A stretch of 64,000 bases of DNA from Eledone cirrhosa (Eukaryota), in assembly GCA_964016885.1 (NCBI GenBank), contig CAXHJY010000309.1:34598-98597 (forward strand), read 5' to 3'. Below, one piece after another: positions 28,352 through 38,225 of this stretch (the stretch's first letter is position 1; every line of letters starts with the position of its first letter). The notes under the pieces are model-generated. The model ran no database searches and had not been told where the DNA came from. It saw only the letters and a list, made by a program, of their open reading frames with translations. The translations under genes were made by a program, and so were the position numbers.

Positions 28352-28694
28352 TAATATAGAGCAGTTTTATCGATAAATATTGACACACCCTTAAAGAATG
28401 CAACCATTACTGTTGGAAGCTCCCGGATAGTGGGGTTATAACTTTATTTATACCATTATGTAAATTTGTATTGGATATTTTTAAATAAGCCGCTGGGTTA
28501 CGGAGAAAAAGTGAGAGAGAGAGAGAGAGAGAGAGAGAAGAACAAGAGAGAGAGAGAAAAAAGAGAGAAAAAAAAAGAAAAAAGAGAGAGATAAGAGAAA
28601 ACGAAAACTCTAAGTGATAGGTTGTTGAGTTATCTTAACATTTGAGATGAAGTGAAAGAAGAAATTTTTTTTTTTTTTAAACTGCTCTATATTA

Positions 28695-28759
28695 TATTTT
28701 ATCTGATGAAAGCACACCATAATTTAACTTGGTGTCCTTGAAATATGTATAATGAAATA
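28695..28759 (+). ncRNA. Type I hammerhead (family A), right arm
   Basis: TATTTTAT-CTGATGA-AAGCACACCA..TGGTGTCCTT-GAAA-TATGT-ATA-ATGAAATA, with self-complementary stem III AUAUGUAU. Confidence 0.8.
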
Positions 28760-29043
28760 AATATGGTTTTATAAATATAGTTTCCATTTGTTAATATCGT
28801 ATTTTTACTGCAATTATTTGTTGAGTGCTTTATATCAGTTATAAAAATATTTGTTTGTATCCCAACAATTTAAATAGAACTTTTACATATATATATATAT
28901 ATATAAATATATATATATTTAAAAGTTAAACAAGGTTCAAAGAATAAATCAAAGAATGAGTTTTGCTTTTCCAGAGTTATTAATATTACTTCAATGACTG
29001 AATCTTAACCATCTACTATGTCAGGGTATGTCATGCATCATCT

Positions 29044-29110
29044 TATTTTATCTGATGAGGACGTACTGTTGGTCTTAACTCAGTACCTCTGAAATATGTA
29101 TAATAAAATA
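29044..29110 (+). ncRNA. Type I hammerhead (family A)
   Basis: TATTTTAT-CTGATGA-GGACGTACTG..CAGTACCTCT-GAAA-TATGT-ATA-ATAAAATA. Perfect 8-bp stem I. Confidence 0.82.
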
Positions 29111-29159
29111 TACATGATCACAAGAATATCTATTTTGTTCATATTTTGAAGTAAAATCT

Positions 29160-29232
29160 CGGGGTCGATAAAATAAAGTACCAGTAATGTACTGAGGAAT
29201 TTCTGGCCTTGTGCTAATAGTAGAAACAATTA
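29160..29232 (+). mobile_element. Nin/Deu-domain SINE 3' fragment
   Basis: CGGGGTCGATAAAATAAAGTACCAGTAATG..GGCCTTGTGC..GTAGAAACAATT. Confidence 0.8.
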
Positions 29233-29240
29233 TATATATA

Positions 29241-29400
29241 TAACAGAGGAATTGTGGGAAGGAAAGGAACCGGATGGACCATAACACACCAGAGTACTCA
29301 ATACTTAGGGTAGTAGAGTGGGTAATAGGAAAAAGTCTTAGTCTAGAAATAGCCGTTGAAACGGCTTGAGCTCTGCCGTCGGGGTCATACTTTTTCCTAT
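29241..29400 (-). mobile_element. Interspersed repeat (family C), probable Penelope-like terminus in (TA)n
   Basis: Inverse of 58772-58901; partial match at 12161-12200; contains TATTGAGTAC on the minus strand. Confidence 0.65.
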
Positions 29401-29522
29401 ATTTATCTATATATGTGTGTATCTGTGTTTTGTGTATATATATACATACATACATGTACATAGATGTTTTTTCTGATATATATGTATATACATATATATT
29501 TATATCATAAAAAGCATCTATG

Positions 29523-29563
<41 letters not shown>

Positions 29564-29654
29564 ACGTATATATATATATATATAAGTATATACATGTGTG
29601 TGTGTGTATGTATGTATTCATTCACTGTAATAATAATAATATTAATAATAATTG

Positions 29655-29830
29655 TTTCTAATTTTGGCACAAGGCCAGCAATTTACCAGCGCATTACTGG
29701 TACTTTATTTTATCGAGCCCGTAAGGATGAAAGGCAAAGTTAACCTCGGCGGGATTTGAACTCAGAAAGGCAAGGGCCGTAACTCTATGCGTCAAAGCAT
29801 GGCGTCCGACCCTCTACCGATACTGACAAT
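29655..29830 (-). mobile_element. Nin/Deu-domain SINE
   Basis: Reverse complement of the family consensus, flanked by (TAA)n. Confidence 0.85.
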
Positions 29831-29913
29831 AATAACTGAAATTTATGATTGGCCTCAAAATTGTATTCCCCCCCCCCCCCCCCGCAAAAAAAAAAAAACT
29901 CCACCTTCTTAAA

Positions 29914-30413
29914 TGGTGGTGGTGTTGGTGGTGATGATTGTGGTGGTGGTGGTGGTTGTTGTGGAGGTGTGGTTGTTATGATGATGATGATGGTGGTGGT
30001 GGTGATGGTGGTTGTGATGATGGTGTGGTTGTTGTTGTGATGATGATGATGGTGGTGATGGTGTTGTTGGTGGTTGTTATGGAGGCGTGGTTGTTGTGAT
30101 GGTGGTGGTGGTGATGGTGTGGTTGTTGTGATGGTGGTGTGGTTGTTGTGATGATGATGGTGGTGATGGTGTTGATGGTAGTGATGGTGGTGGTGATGCT
30201 GGTTGTTATAGTGGTGTGGTTGTTGTGATGTTGATGATGGTGGTGGTGGTTGGTGAAGGTATTGATGGCTGTGGTGATGGTGGTGGTTGGGGTGGTTGTT
30301 ATGGAGGTGTGGTTGTTGTGATGATGATGGTGGTGTTGATGGTGGTGATGGTGGTTGTTATGGTGGTGTGGTTGTCATGATGATGATGGTGGTGGTGGTG
30401 GTGGTGGTGGTGG

Positions 30414-30445
<32 letters not shown>

Positions 30446-30697
30446 GCGGCGATGGTGGTTGTTGTGGTGGTGCGGTTGTTGTGATGATGATGATGGTTGT
30501 GATGGTGTTGCTGATGGTGGCGTTGGTTGTTATGGTGGTGTGGTAGTTGTGATGATGATGGTGGTGATGGTGGTTGTTGTCATGATGATGATGATGGTGA
30601 TGGTGATGATGATCGTAATGATGGTGATGGTGACGGTGCTAATGATGGTGTTGATGATGATGATGATGACGATGGATGTGATGATGATAATGATGGT

Positions 30698-30728
<31 letters not shown>

Positions 30729-30750
30729 AGGATGGTGATGGTGGTGGTAA
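29914..30750. repeat. (GAT)n/(GGT)n low-complexity tract
   Basis: Directly visible. Confidence 0.9.
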
Positions 30751-31197
30751 TAAATTTGATATAGAACCGAAATTTTTTACAAAGAAACTACGGAAAAGTG
30801 TCGGGAAATTAGTTTCGTTGCTCATCCCCTCCCCATATATCGCTCTTTCCTATTGCTATTCAAATTTATGCAAAAGAATTAAACGAGTGTATATAAAAGC
30901 CTTTTCTTTCTGTAGCCCAAATTCTATACAATTTCTCCTGTTATATAAAAGGCGAAATTAAAAACATAAAGATGAAGACGAAGACGAAAAAGATGAATTT
31001 AAAATGGCGTCGGTGTTGCCAGTAATTTCTTTCTTACTACGGATATCGCTCTTTTCATCACTACCCGCCAAAATCAAAAACAAAAATGGAGGTAATATTT
31101 AAAAAAATAAACGCAATGATTGAATTAAAAATTAAAAATGTTGGACAATAAACATGCGCTGGCATGTTTGTATGGTTAAGACGGTTTCGATTTCGAA

Positions 31198-31452
31198 CGT
31201 GAAATATTGTAGCGAAAAGGAGAATATCTATGCAGAACTAATGAGAAATCTACAGATACTCCATCCTGAGTATACCTTCATATTTATACCTGTGATTATT
31301 GGGGCACTGTGATATGTTAGTAACTGCCTCAATACAAATCTTGAGAAGCTGGGATTCAAAGAAACAGAAAGAACACGACTAGTTAGGAAATTACAAGTAC
31401 AATCCATTAATGGAACAGTAAAACTATGTAAAACAAACCAAAAATTCTGCAT
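31198..31452 (+). pseudogene. RLE-type (R4/HERO-like) LINE C-terminal fragment, copy 1
   Basis: Translates KENIYAELMRNLQILHPEYTFIFIPVIIGAL* and RLVRKLQVQSINGTVKLCK, the PV(I/V)xGALG motif that follows the restriction-like endonuclease. Confidence 0.7.
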
Positions 31453-31469
31453 ACACACATACATATATA

Positions 31470-32130
31470 CATACCATATATATACATACACAAACATATA
31501 AACAACCATATATACATACATACCTTTAAACAACTAAATATACAGACATATATACATACCATATATATACACACAAACATATAAACAACCATATATACAT
31601 ACATACCTTTAAACGACTAAATATACATACATATATACATGCCATATATATACACACACAAACATATAAACAACCATATATACATACGTATATACATACA
31701 TACCTTTAAACGACTAAATATACATACATATATACATGCCATATATATACACACACAAACATATAAACAACCATATATACATACGTATATACATACATAC
31801 CTTTAAACGACTAAATATACATACATATATACATGCCATATATATACACACACAAACATATAAGCAACCATATATACATACGTATATACATACATACCTT
31901 TAAACGACTAAATATACATACATATATACATACCATATATATACACACACAAACATATAAACAACCATATATACATACGTATATACATACATACCTTTAA
32001 ACGACTAAATATACATACATATATACATGCCATATATATACACACACAAACATATAAACAACCATATATACATACGTATATACATACATACCTTTAAACA
32101 ACTAAATATACATACATATATACATACGTA
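31470..32130 (+). repeat. 97-bp tandem repeat, about 7 copies
   Basis: CCTTTAAAC at 31606, 31703, 31800, 31897, 31994 and 32091, with a shorter unit at 31523. Confidence 0.92.
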
Positions 32131-32344
32131 CATACAATTTAAAATGGCGTCGGTGTTGGCAGTGGTTTCTTTCTTTCAACGGATATCTCTTTTCTTCACT
32201 ACCCGCCAAAATCAAGAACAAAATGAAGGAAATATTTAAAAAAATGAATGGAAGGATTGAATTAGAAATTAAAAATATTTGGACAATAAACGTGCGCTGG
32301 CATGTTTGTGCTGGTAAGACGGTTTCATTTCTATACCACAGGAT

Positions 32345-33165
32345 TACGGGTTCAGTTTTCACCGATTTATGTACTATAGCCTCGAGGTTGACGAACCCAC
32401 GTGGTTTTGGGTTCAGTTTTCACTGCAGCGTGAAGGCGTGTGGCTGATTGGTTAGAGAACTGGATTCGCAATCTTGAGGTTGTCAGTTCGATTCCTGGGC
32501 CGGGCGATGCGTTATGTCCTTGAGCAAGACACTTTATTTCACGTTGCTCCTTCTACCTGGAGTTGCGACCGATAGATAGTATTAGCAACTGGAGAGACCA
32601 ACGGAAACATCGTTTCCTTGGTCGGATTTGACGAAAGTCGATCTATAATTATTTCCTTTTCACTGCAGTGAGGGCTACAGACTAGCGATGTACCTTGGCC
32701 TCGAAGCTGACCAACCCACGCGGTCTTTTGGTTCAGTTTTCACTGCAATAAGGTCTATAGCTTAGATATGGACTTTAGCCTCGGGAGATGAGCAACCCAC
32801 GCGGTTTATTGTCCAGTTTTCACTGCTGTGTGGACTGTAGCCTCGAGATGGACTTTAGCCTCGAAGATGACCAACACTTGGTTTTGGTTTAGTTTTCACT
32901 GCAGTAAGGCCTTTAGACTCGAAGCTGACCAACCCACGTGGCTTATGATCCAGTTTCCACTGCTGTGTGGACTTTAGACTCAAAGCTGACTCAACACATT
33001 TGGTTTATGGTCCAGTTTTCACTGCAGTGTGGACTATAGCTTACAGATGGACTTTGGCCTAGAAGTTGACCAGCATATGTGGTTCATTGTCTGCTGTGTG
33101 GACTGTTACCTCGAAGCTGAACTAACCACGTGGTCGCGGGTTTCAGTTTTCACTGCAGTGTGGGC
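32345..33165 (+). repeat. SINE-derived degenerate minisatellite (about 60-75 bp unit)
   Basis: Repeated GGTTCAGTTTTCACTGCAGTGTGGACTATAGCCTCGAAGCTGACCAACCCACG. Confidence 0.75.
32430..32645 (+). mobile_element. tRNA-derived CORE-like SINE, second copy
   Basis: Highly similar to 10681-10894. Flanked on both sides by TTTTCACTGCAG. Confidence 0.9.
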
Positions 33166-33230
33166 TATTTAGCGGGCAAATGTCTGCGACCATAAACCTA
33201 AGGTTGACCAATTAATACTATGTGCGTGCA

Positions 33231-33740
33231 CGTGAAATATGGTTGCGAAAAGGAGAATATTTATGCAGAACTAATGAGAAATCTGCAGATACACCACCCT
33301 GATTATACCTTCAGATTTATGCCTGTGATTGTTGGAGCACTGGGATATGTTAGTAACTGCCTCAATACAAATCTTGAGAAGATGGGCTTCACAGGAACAG
33401 AAAGAACACGACTAGTTAGGAAATTACAAATACAATCCATTAATGGAACAGTAAAAATATGTAAAACATTCCAAATATTCTGCATCTAATAACTGGATAT
33501 ACACATGTACACATGGACAGATGCAAAGCATATGCACATGGACACATGTAAATCAAAACATCCACATCCACACATAGAATAACATCCATAGCTGCACACA
33601 CATGCATATATGCAGACATAGATAATATCTACCTAGTTGATGTTGTGTAAATTCCAATGAGAGAGTCTTGTGTCTATGTTAGATACTGACTCTCTCTCTA
33701 TTGGTAAAATCTTTTTTAAATTATAAAATTAGAACAAACA
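33231..33740 (+). pseudogene. RLE-type LINE C-terminal fragment, copy 2, with 3' UTR and (CATA)n tail
   Basis: Translates KENIYAELMRNLQIHHPDYTFRFMPVIVGALGYV..VKICKTFQ. Ends AAAATTAGAACAAA-CATACATACATA. Confidence 0.75.
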
Positions 33741-33774
33741 TACATACATATATACATATAAACAACTATACATA

Positions 33775-34045
33775 TATGATGTAAACGTTGTCAGAAAAAT
33801 ACAGGAGAAGGAGGACATCTACGGACCATTGATGAGGAGTTTACAAATCCAGTATCCAAGATACACCTTTAGCTTCATACCCATCATTATCGGAGCTACG
33901 GGTTATATACCAACCCGCTTAAACCAAAGTATGACTGAACATGGATTTGCAGACAAAGAGCGCAGCTCCCTAATTCATAGTCTACAAATGGCTGCGATAG
34001 CTGGCACCTTCAAAATTTGCAAAACATTCTTGCGATTCAAGGGAT
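33775..34045 (+). pseudogene. RLE-type LINE C-terminal fragment, diverged family
   Basis: Translates DVNVVRKIQEKEDIYGPLMRSLQIQYPRYTFSFIPIIIGATGYIP..GTFKICKTF. Protein-level homolog of 33231 with different DNA. Confidence 0.7.
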
Positions 34046-34348
34046 GTCAATTTCTTTTCATTTACAACCTTGCCACCAGGAAGGTGGCCGGTCAAAAAAA
34101 TATACTCGAAATTAAGAGAAAGATATGTATGCATATATATAAAAGAATTAATGAATGTAAAAGTTTAGGAGCCCAAGTGTCGTGTCACTAGAGGTGGCAT
34201 CGTGTCAATATCACTCTAACTGTATATAATGCGACATTAACAAGGCTATTTAAACGGTATCGGGGTTGAGTTGGGGCGACGGTAACAACAGAGCCTGTCA
34301 TATCTCTACATTCAAACGGCATCAACGAATACATATATATGTAATAAA

Positions 34349-34387
<39 letters not shown>

Positions 34388-34763
34388 TAAAGCGAGGGGG
34401 GGGGAAGAGAGAGCAGGTGTTTATGCAGTTGGATAGATAAAGATATCGATGGATGGGTGGACAGACAGACAGGCAGACAGATAGATAAATAAATAGATAT
34501 ATTTCTTTTATTTGCCACTGGGGCATCAAAAGTGGGACAAGTACAAAGGGGGGAGTTTACACAAAAAGGCGTCCTCAATAAGGAGGAGGCAATAACAAAA
34601 TATAAAAATAAAATAAGATATAACAAAAAATAAAATTTTTAACAAAATCCTCAATAGAGAGGAGGCGCCTTGGGGGGTCGCACACACCCCCGAAAAAAGT
34701 GTGCAACCCTTCTCCTCAGGAGCACAGAGAAGGGGTGCTCCCTTGGTCTTTCATCTTCCTCAC

Positions 34764-37700
34764 CTATAGTCTGATGTAGAGTGAAGGCCCATTCACACGG
34801 GCCATTCTCGCCACTTTCACCCATCTTTCATAGAAACGGCTGGGGTGCAGCACCTCTCTCTCCATCCTGATCCTTCTTCCGAAATGATATCGGAAGAAAC
34901 GGACCAGTTGTTGGCCAGAGAGAAAGGTGCCCGACCTCAGTCCTTTCAGACGCGTCCACCATACAACCTCTTTCGCCATGGCTATTACGCACAGAAACAC
35001 CGCCTCTGCTTCATCTTTGAAGGGGGGAGGCGGCTTGATCATTACAATAGACTCGGTGGTCAACCGGATCGGTCCCACCCTTGACAGCAGTTGTTCGACA
35101 TAGCCCCACAGATCGGCTACGCCCGAGCAGTGTACTAATGCGTGTGCAACGGTTTCCTCGTCGCACACGCATCTGGGACAGATCTTTTTGGCGGGGTCCC
35201 TACCCGGGCGCCCGTGTCTGTAGAGCCTTTCTCGAACGGGTAAAGCCCCTCGGTAGCACTGCCAGGCCAGGGACTTCTGGAAGTTGTCCATAGGTCCCGG
35301 GCTGAATGTCCTACCGAACAGGCTGGCCAGTTCGTCCTCCTCCATGTCTAGGGCTTCTCCGAGGGCGTCGTCGCACCTGCTGCGTACCAGCCCTCTATAG
35401 AATGTTGCGGTGGAGTCTCCACTGATAACCGGATCCGCCTGCCAGAGGGCGGTGAGCGCCTGGGCACACTCAGTGTGCCAGGCGCCCAGTTTTCTCGGTC
35501 TTTGCTTGACCCAGGATTGCAGCTCGGTGAGTGAGACGAGTCTGGGAAAGGTTCGTCTCACAAACGAGGCCCACACCGGTTGTCCGGTGAGGAATACGTA
35601 GAGGTGCCGTAGCCTTAATGCGTGTTTACGCATCATTAGCCACGGCATCCCCAGCCCTCCTTTCGAAGGGTGTTGACAGCAGATGGATCTCCTCACCATA
35701 GGAGCCCGCCTCTTCCAAAGGAATTGGAAGAGCGCGCGCTCCATCTTGGTGAGGGTTTCCCTTGGGCAGGGCACTACGGTCAGGCGGTAGTAGATGACGG
35801 ACGCTATGTAGGTGTTCGCCACCTCCGCCCGGCCTTTCAGGGATAGTTTGCAACTGGCCCACTTCTGGGTCAGTGCAAACACCCTGTTCGTAACCTCCGC
35901 CCAGTTTTTCTCCACCTGGAGGTCCGGTCCGAACCAGACCCCGAGCAACTTCACCGGGCCCTCCGTCCAGCGTCCGACGACGCTATCGGAGGGCATCGGT
36001 CTGCCCCTCCACGTGCCGAGTTGCAAACCGATCGACTTGTCCCGGTTCAGCTTAGCCCCTGTGAACTTTTCGTACTCCTCCAGTAAGGTGCCGACCGCCT
36101 CGATTTCGGAGGCCGTCGACACCATTACTGTCACGTCATCGGCGTAGGCCGACACCGCTTTCCGCAATCCCGGTTCCAAAGGGATGCCCTGCAACAACTC
36201 CAACTTCCGCAGTAGTGGCTCGAGAGTCAACACATACAGAAGGGAGGAGAGAGGGCACCCTTGTCGGATGGACCGCGCGATTTTGAACGGCTCCGAGAGG
36301 TAGCCATTCACCTTGACCCTAGAGCAGATGCGGCTGCTGTGCATAGCAGTGATCCAGCCCCTGAAAACGGGTCCGAAGCCTGCCGCCGCTAGCACCGCAT
36401 CCAGGTAACCATGGTCGACCCTATCGAACGCCTTAGATTGATCCAAGTTGATCAGAGCCCCACCAAAGCCGGGTTCGTTCCCAACCCTCTCTATGATGTA
36501 TCGCATGAGGTGGAGGTTGTCATGGATGGACCTGGACGGGATAGCGCATGTCTGCGCATCTCCCACCAGGTTGCCCACGACAAGCGCCAACCTCTTTGCT
36601 AGCACCTTGGCCAAAATCTGTAACTCTGTATTTAGCAGTGTTATGGGCCTGAAGTTACTTATTTCGTCCCCCTTGTTCTCGTCCTTCCTCACTAGCGTGA
36701 CTACGCCCTTGGTCACAGTACAGGGAATTCTCCCGTTCTGTTGCCAGTTGCAGTAGACCGCCTCGAGGAGATCGGGGAACAAGTCCGGCATAGCTAGATA
36801 TAATTCGTAAGGAAGACCATCGAGACCCGGGGATTTGCGTTTGCCGCATTGGCTCAGCACGTCCTCTATCTCAGCGGCCGAAATCGGCTCTTCGCAGGAC
36901 TTCGCCTCCCTGTCCGAGAGGCGCGGCAGGCCGTCGAGGTATGGACCGAAGTCCACGTTCCCAACCGGCTCCCCGCCCCTCCCGAACAGTCGGGCAAAGT
37001 GCCTTTGAAAGGCCTCACACATCTGCTTAGGCTCAAGAATCGCCCGTCCATCCAGGTCTCGCAAAGACCGGATGGTGGATTTAGTTCCACTGTTGGCCTC
37101 TGTCACGCGGGCCCAGCTAACAGCTTTGGTCCCCTCGTTCCCTAGAGCACGTATTTTACTTCGGACAACGCAGCCTTCGTGCTTCGCGTCGAAAAACTGG
37201 CTCAAAGCCGTTCTCGACGCTAGCACTCTGGCCACGTCGCCGCTTCTAATTGCCTCTTCTACTCTATCTATTAGCTCCCTTTCCTTCCTATTCCTATCCG
37301 CAGCTAGAACCTTACTAAATTCTATCGAGACTACTCTAATCTCTCTCTTTAGAGATACCCACCACCTGCTGTTGACGATCGCTCCAGTCAACCGTTCCTT
37401 AACTAACGTACTAATCCGATTCCTGTAGGCTCTACTTGCCGGCAAGGACAAGTTGAGCTTCCAGTAACCGGGGCCCTGTCTATGAGTTCTGTCAAGGTTG
37501 ACCATGCAGGTCACTAATTTGTGGTCTGAATAGCCAACAATGCGCATTTTTGGACAACTTAAAAAGTCCTTATCCTTAATTCTAACTAAGAACCTATCTA
37601 GGTACGACCTAGATGATCCGCTACGATTTGCCCAAGTCCAGGTTGGCGCAGTCGGAAAATCTAGTCGATATCTATCGGCCAGGTCAAATCGACCGATTAA

Positions 37701-38201
37701 CCCTTTGAGGCTATTACACCCCTCTCTATCGGGGCAGGCCCCTACGTAGTCCCAGCGTGCATCTAGGATACCATTCCAGTCCCCCACTAATAGCAAGGAG
37801 CGGGACGTCCCTAGAAAAGTCTCCAGACGATGGAAGAAGTCCGGCCGCATTGACCCGAAAGGGCCGTAGGCGGCTACCAACCTAAACGCTCCGCCTTTAC
37901 CACTGCCAAGGTCCAGAACCACTAGTCGACCCTCCGGGTCCAAATGTACCATCTGTGTTGCGAGACCCAGATGTTTTTGCAGCAGAACGACAACTCCACC
38001 CCCACCTCCGGGCTGACAGAGAGATGCGTGCATCTCAAAGTCATCAAAGGTGGGGGCCAGCTGTCGCACGTTGCTGATCCGGGCCTCGCAAATAACCATC
38101 ACATCTATACGTTGTGACCTGAGGTCATTTAGAAGCATTGCTTGCTTCCAAGTTGAGCCCAGGCCACGCGCATTTAAACAGCCTACTCTTAGCATAGCCA
38201 T
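34764..38201 (-). CDS. LINE ORF2: APE endonuclease, reverse transcriptase and C-terminal zinc finger
   Basis: LNARGL, GDWNG, YLDR, SDH (APE); KSPGLDG, FRPITLLN, KAFDRV, RQGCPLS, YADD (RT); CPRC..HALVHC. First ATG at 38201. Confidence 0.97.
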   Translation of the reverse strand: MAMLRVGCLNARGLGSTWKQAMLLNDLRSQRIDVMVICEARISNVRQLAPTFDDFEMHASLCQPGGGGGVVVLLQKHLGLATQMVHLDPEGRLVVLDLGSGKGGAFRLVAAYGPFGSMRPDFFHRLETFLGTSRSLLLVGDWNGILDARWDYVGACPDREGCNSLKGLIGRFDLADRYRLDFPTAPTWTWANRSGSSRSYLDRFLVRIKDKDFLSCPKMRIVGYSDHKLVTCMVNLDRTHRQGPGYWKLNLSLPASRAYRNRISTLVKERLTGAIVNSRWWVSLKREIRVVSIEFSKVLAADRNRKERELIDRVEEAIRSGDVARVLASRTALSQFFDAKHEGCVVRSKIRALGNEGTKAVSWARVTEANSGTKSTIRSLRDLDGRAILEPKQMCEAFQRHFARLFGRGGEPVGNVDFGPYLDGLPRLSDREAKSCEEPISAAEIEDVLSQCGKRKSPGLDGLPYELYLAMPDLFPDLLEAVYCNWQQNGRIPCTVTKGVVTLVRKDENKGDEISNFRPITLLNTELQILAKVLAKRLALVVGNLVGDAQTCAIPSRSIHDNLHLMRYIIERVGNEPGFGGALINLDQSKAFDRVDHGYLDAVLAAAGFGPVFRGWITAMHSSRICSRVKVNGYLSEPFKIARSIRQGCPLSSLLYVLTLEPLLRKLELLQGIPLEPGLRKAVSAYADDVTVMVSTASEIEAVGTLLEEYEKFTGAKLNRDKSIGLQLGTWRGRPMPSDSVVGRWTEGPVKLLGVWFGPDLQVEKNWAEVTNRVFALTQKWASCKLSLKGRAEVANTYIASVIYYRLTVVPCPRETLTKMERALFQFLWKRRAPMVRRSICCQHPSKGGLGMPWLMMRKHALRLRHLYVFLTGQPVWASFVRRTFPRLVSLTELQSWVKQRPRKLGAWHTECAQALTALWQADPVISGDSTATFYRGLVRSRCDDALGEALDMEEDELASLFGRTFSPGPMDNFQKSLAWQCYRGALPVRERLYRHGRPGRDPAKKICPRCVCDEETVAHALVHCSGVADLWGYVEQLLSRVGPIRLTTESIVMIKPPPPFKDEAEAVFLCVIAMAKEVVWWTRLKGLRSGTFLSGQQLVRFFRYHFGRRIRMEREVLHPSRFYERWVKVARMARVNGPSLYIRL

Positions 38202-38225
38202 GTTGGTGGTGAAGAGAAAAGGCAC

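Larger units (their letters stand above)
28244..28885. mobile_element. Fold-back Penelope-like element with about 125-bp inverted arms
   Basis: Arms 28244-28368 and 28679-28802 each carry a hammerhead. TTGAGTGC at about 28819, then (TA)n. Confidence 0.75.
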
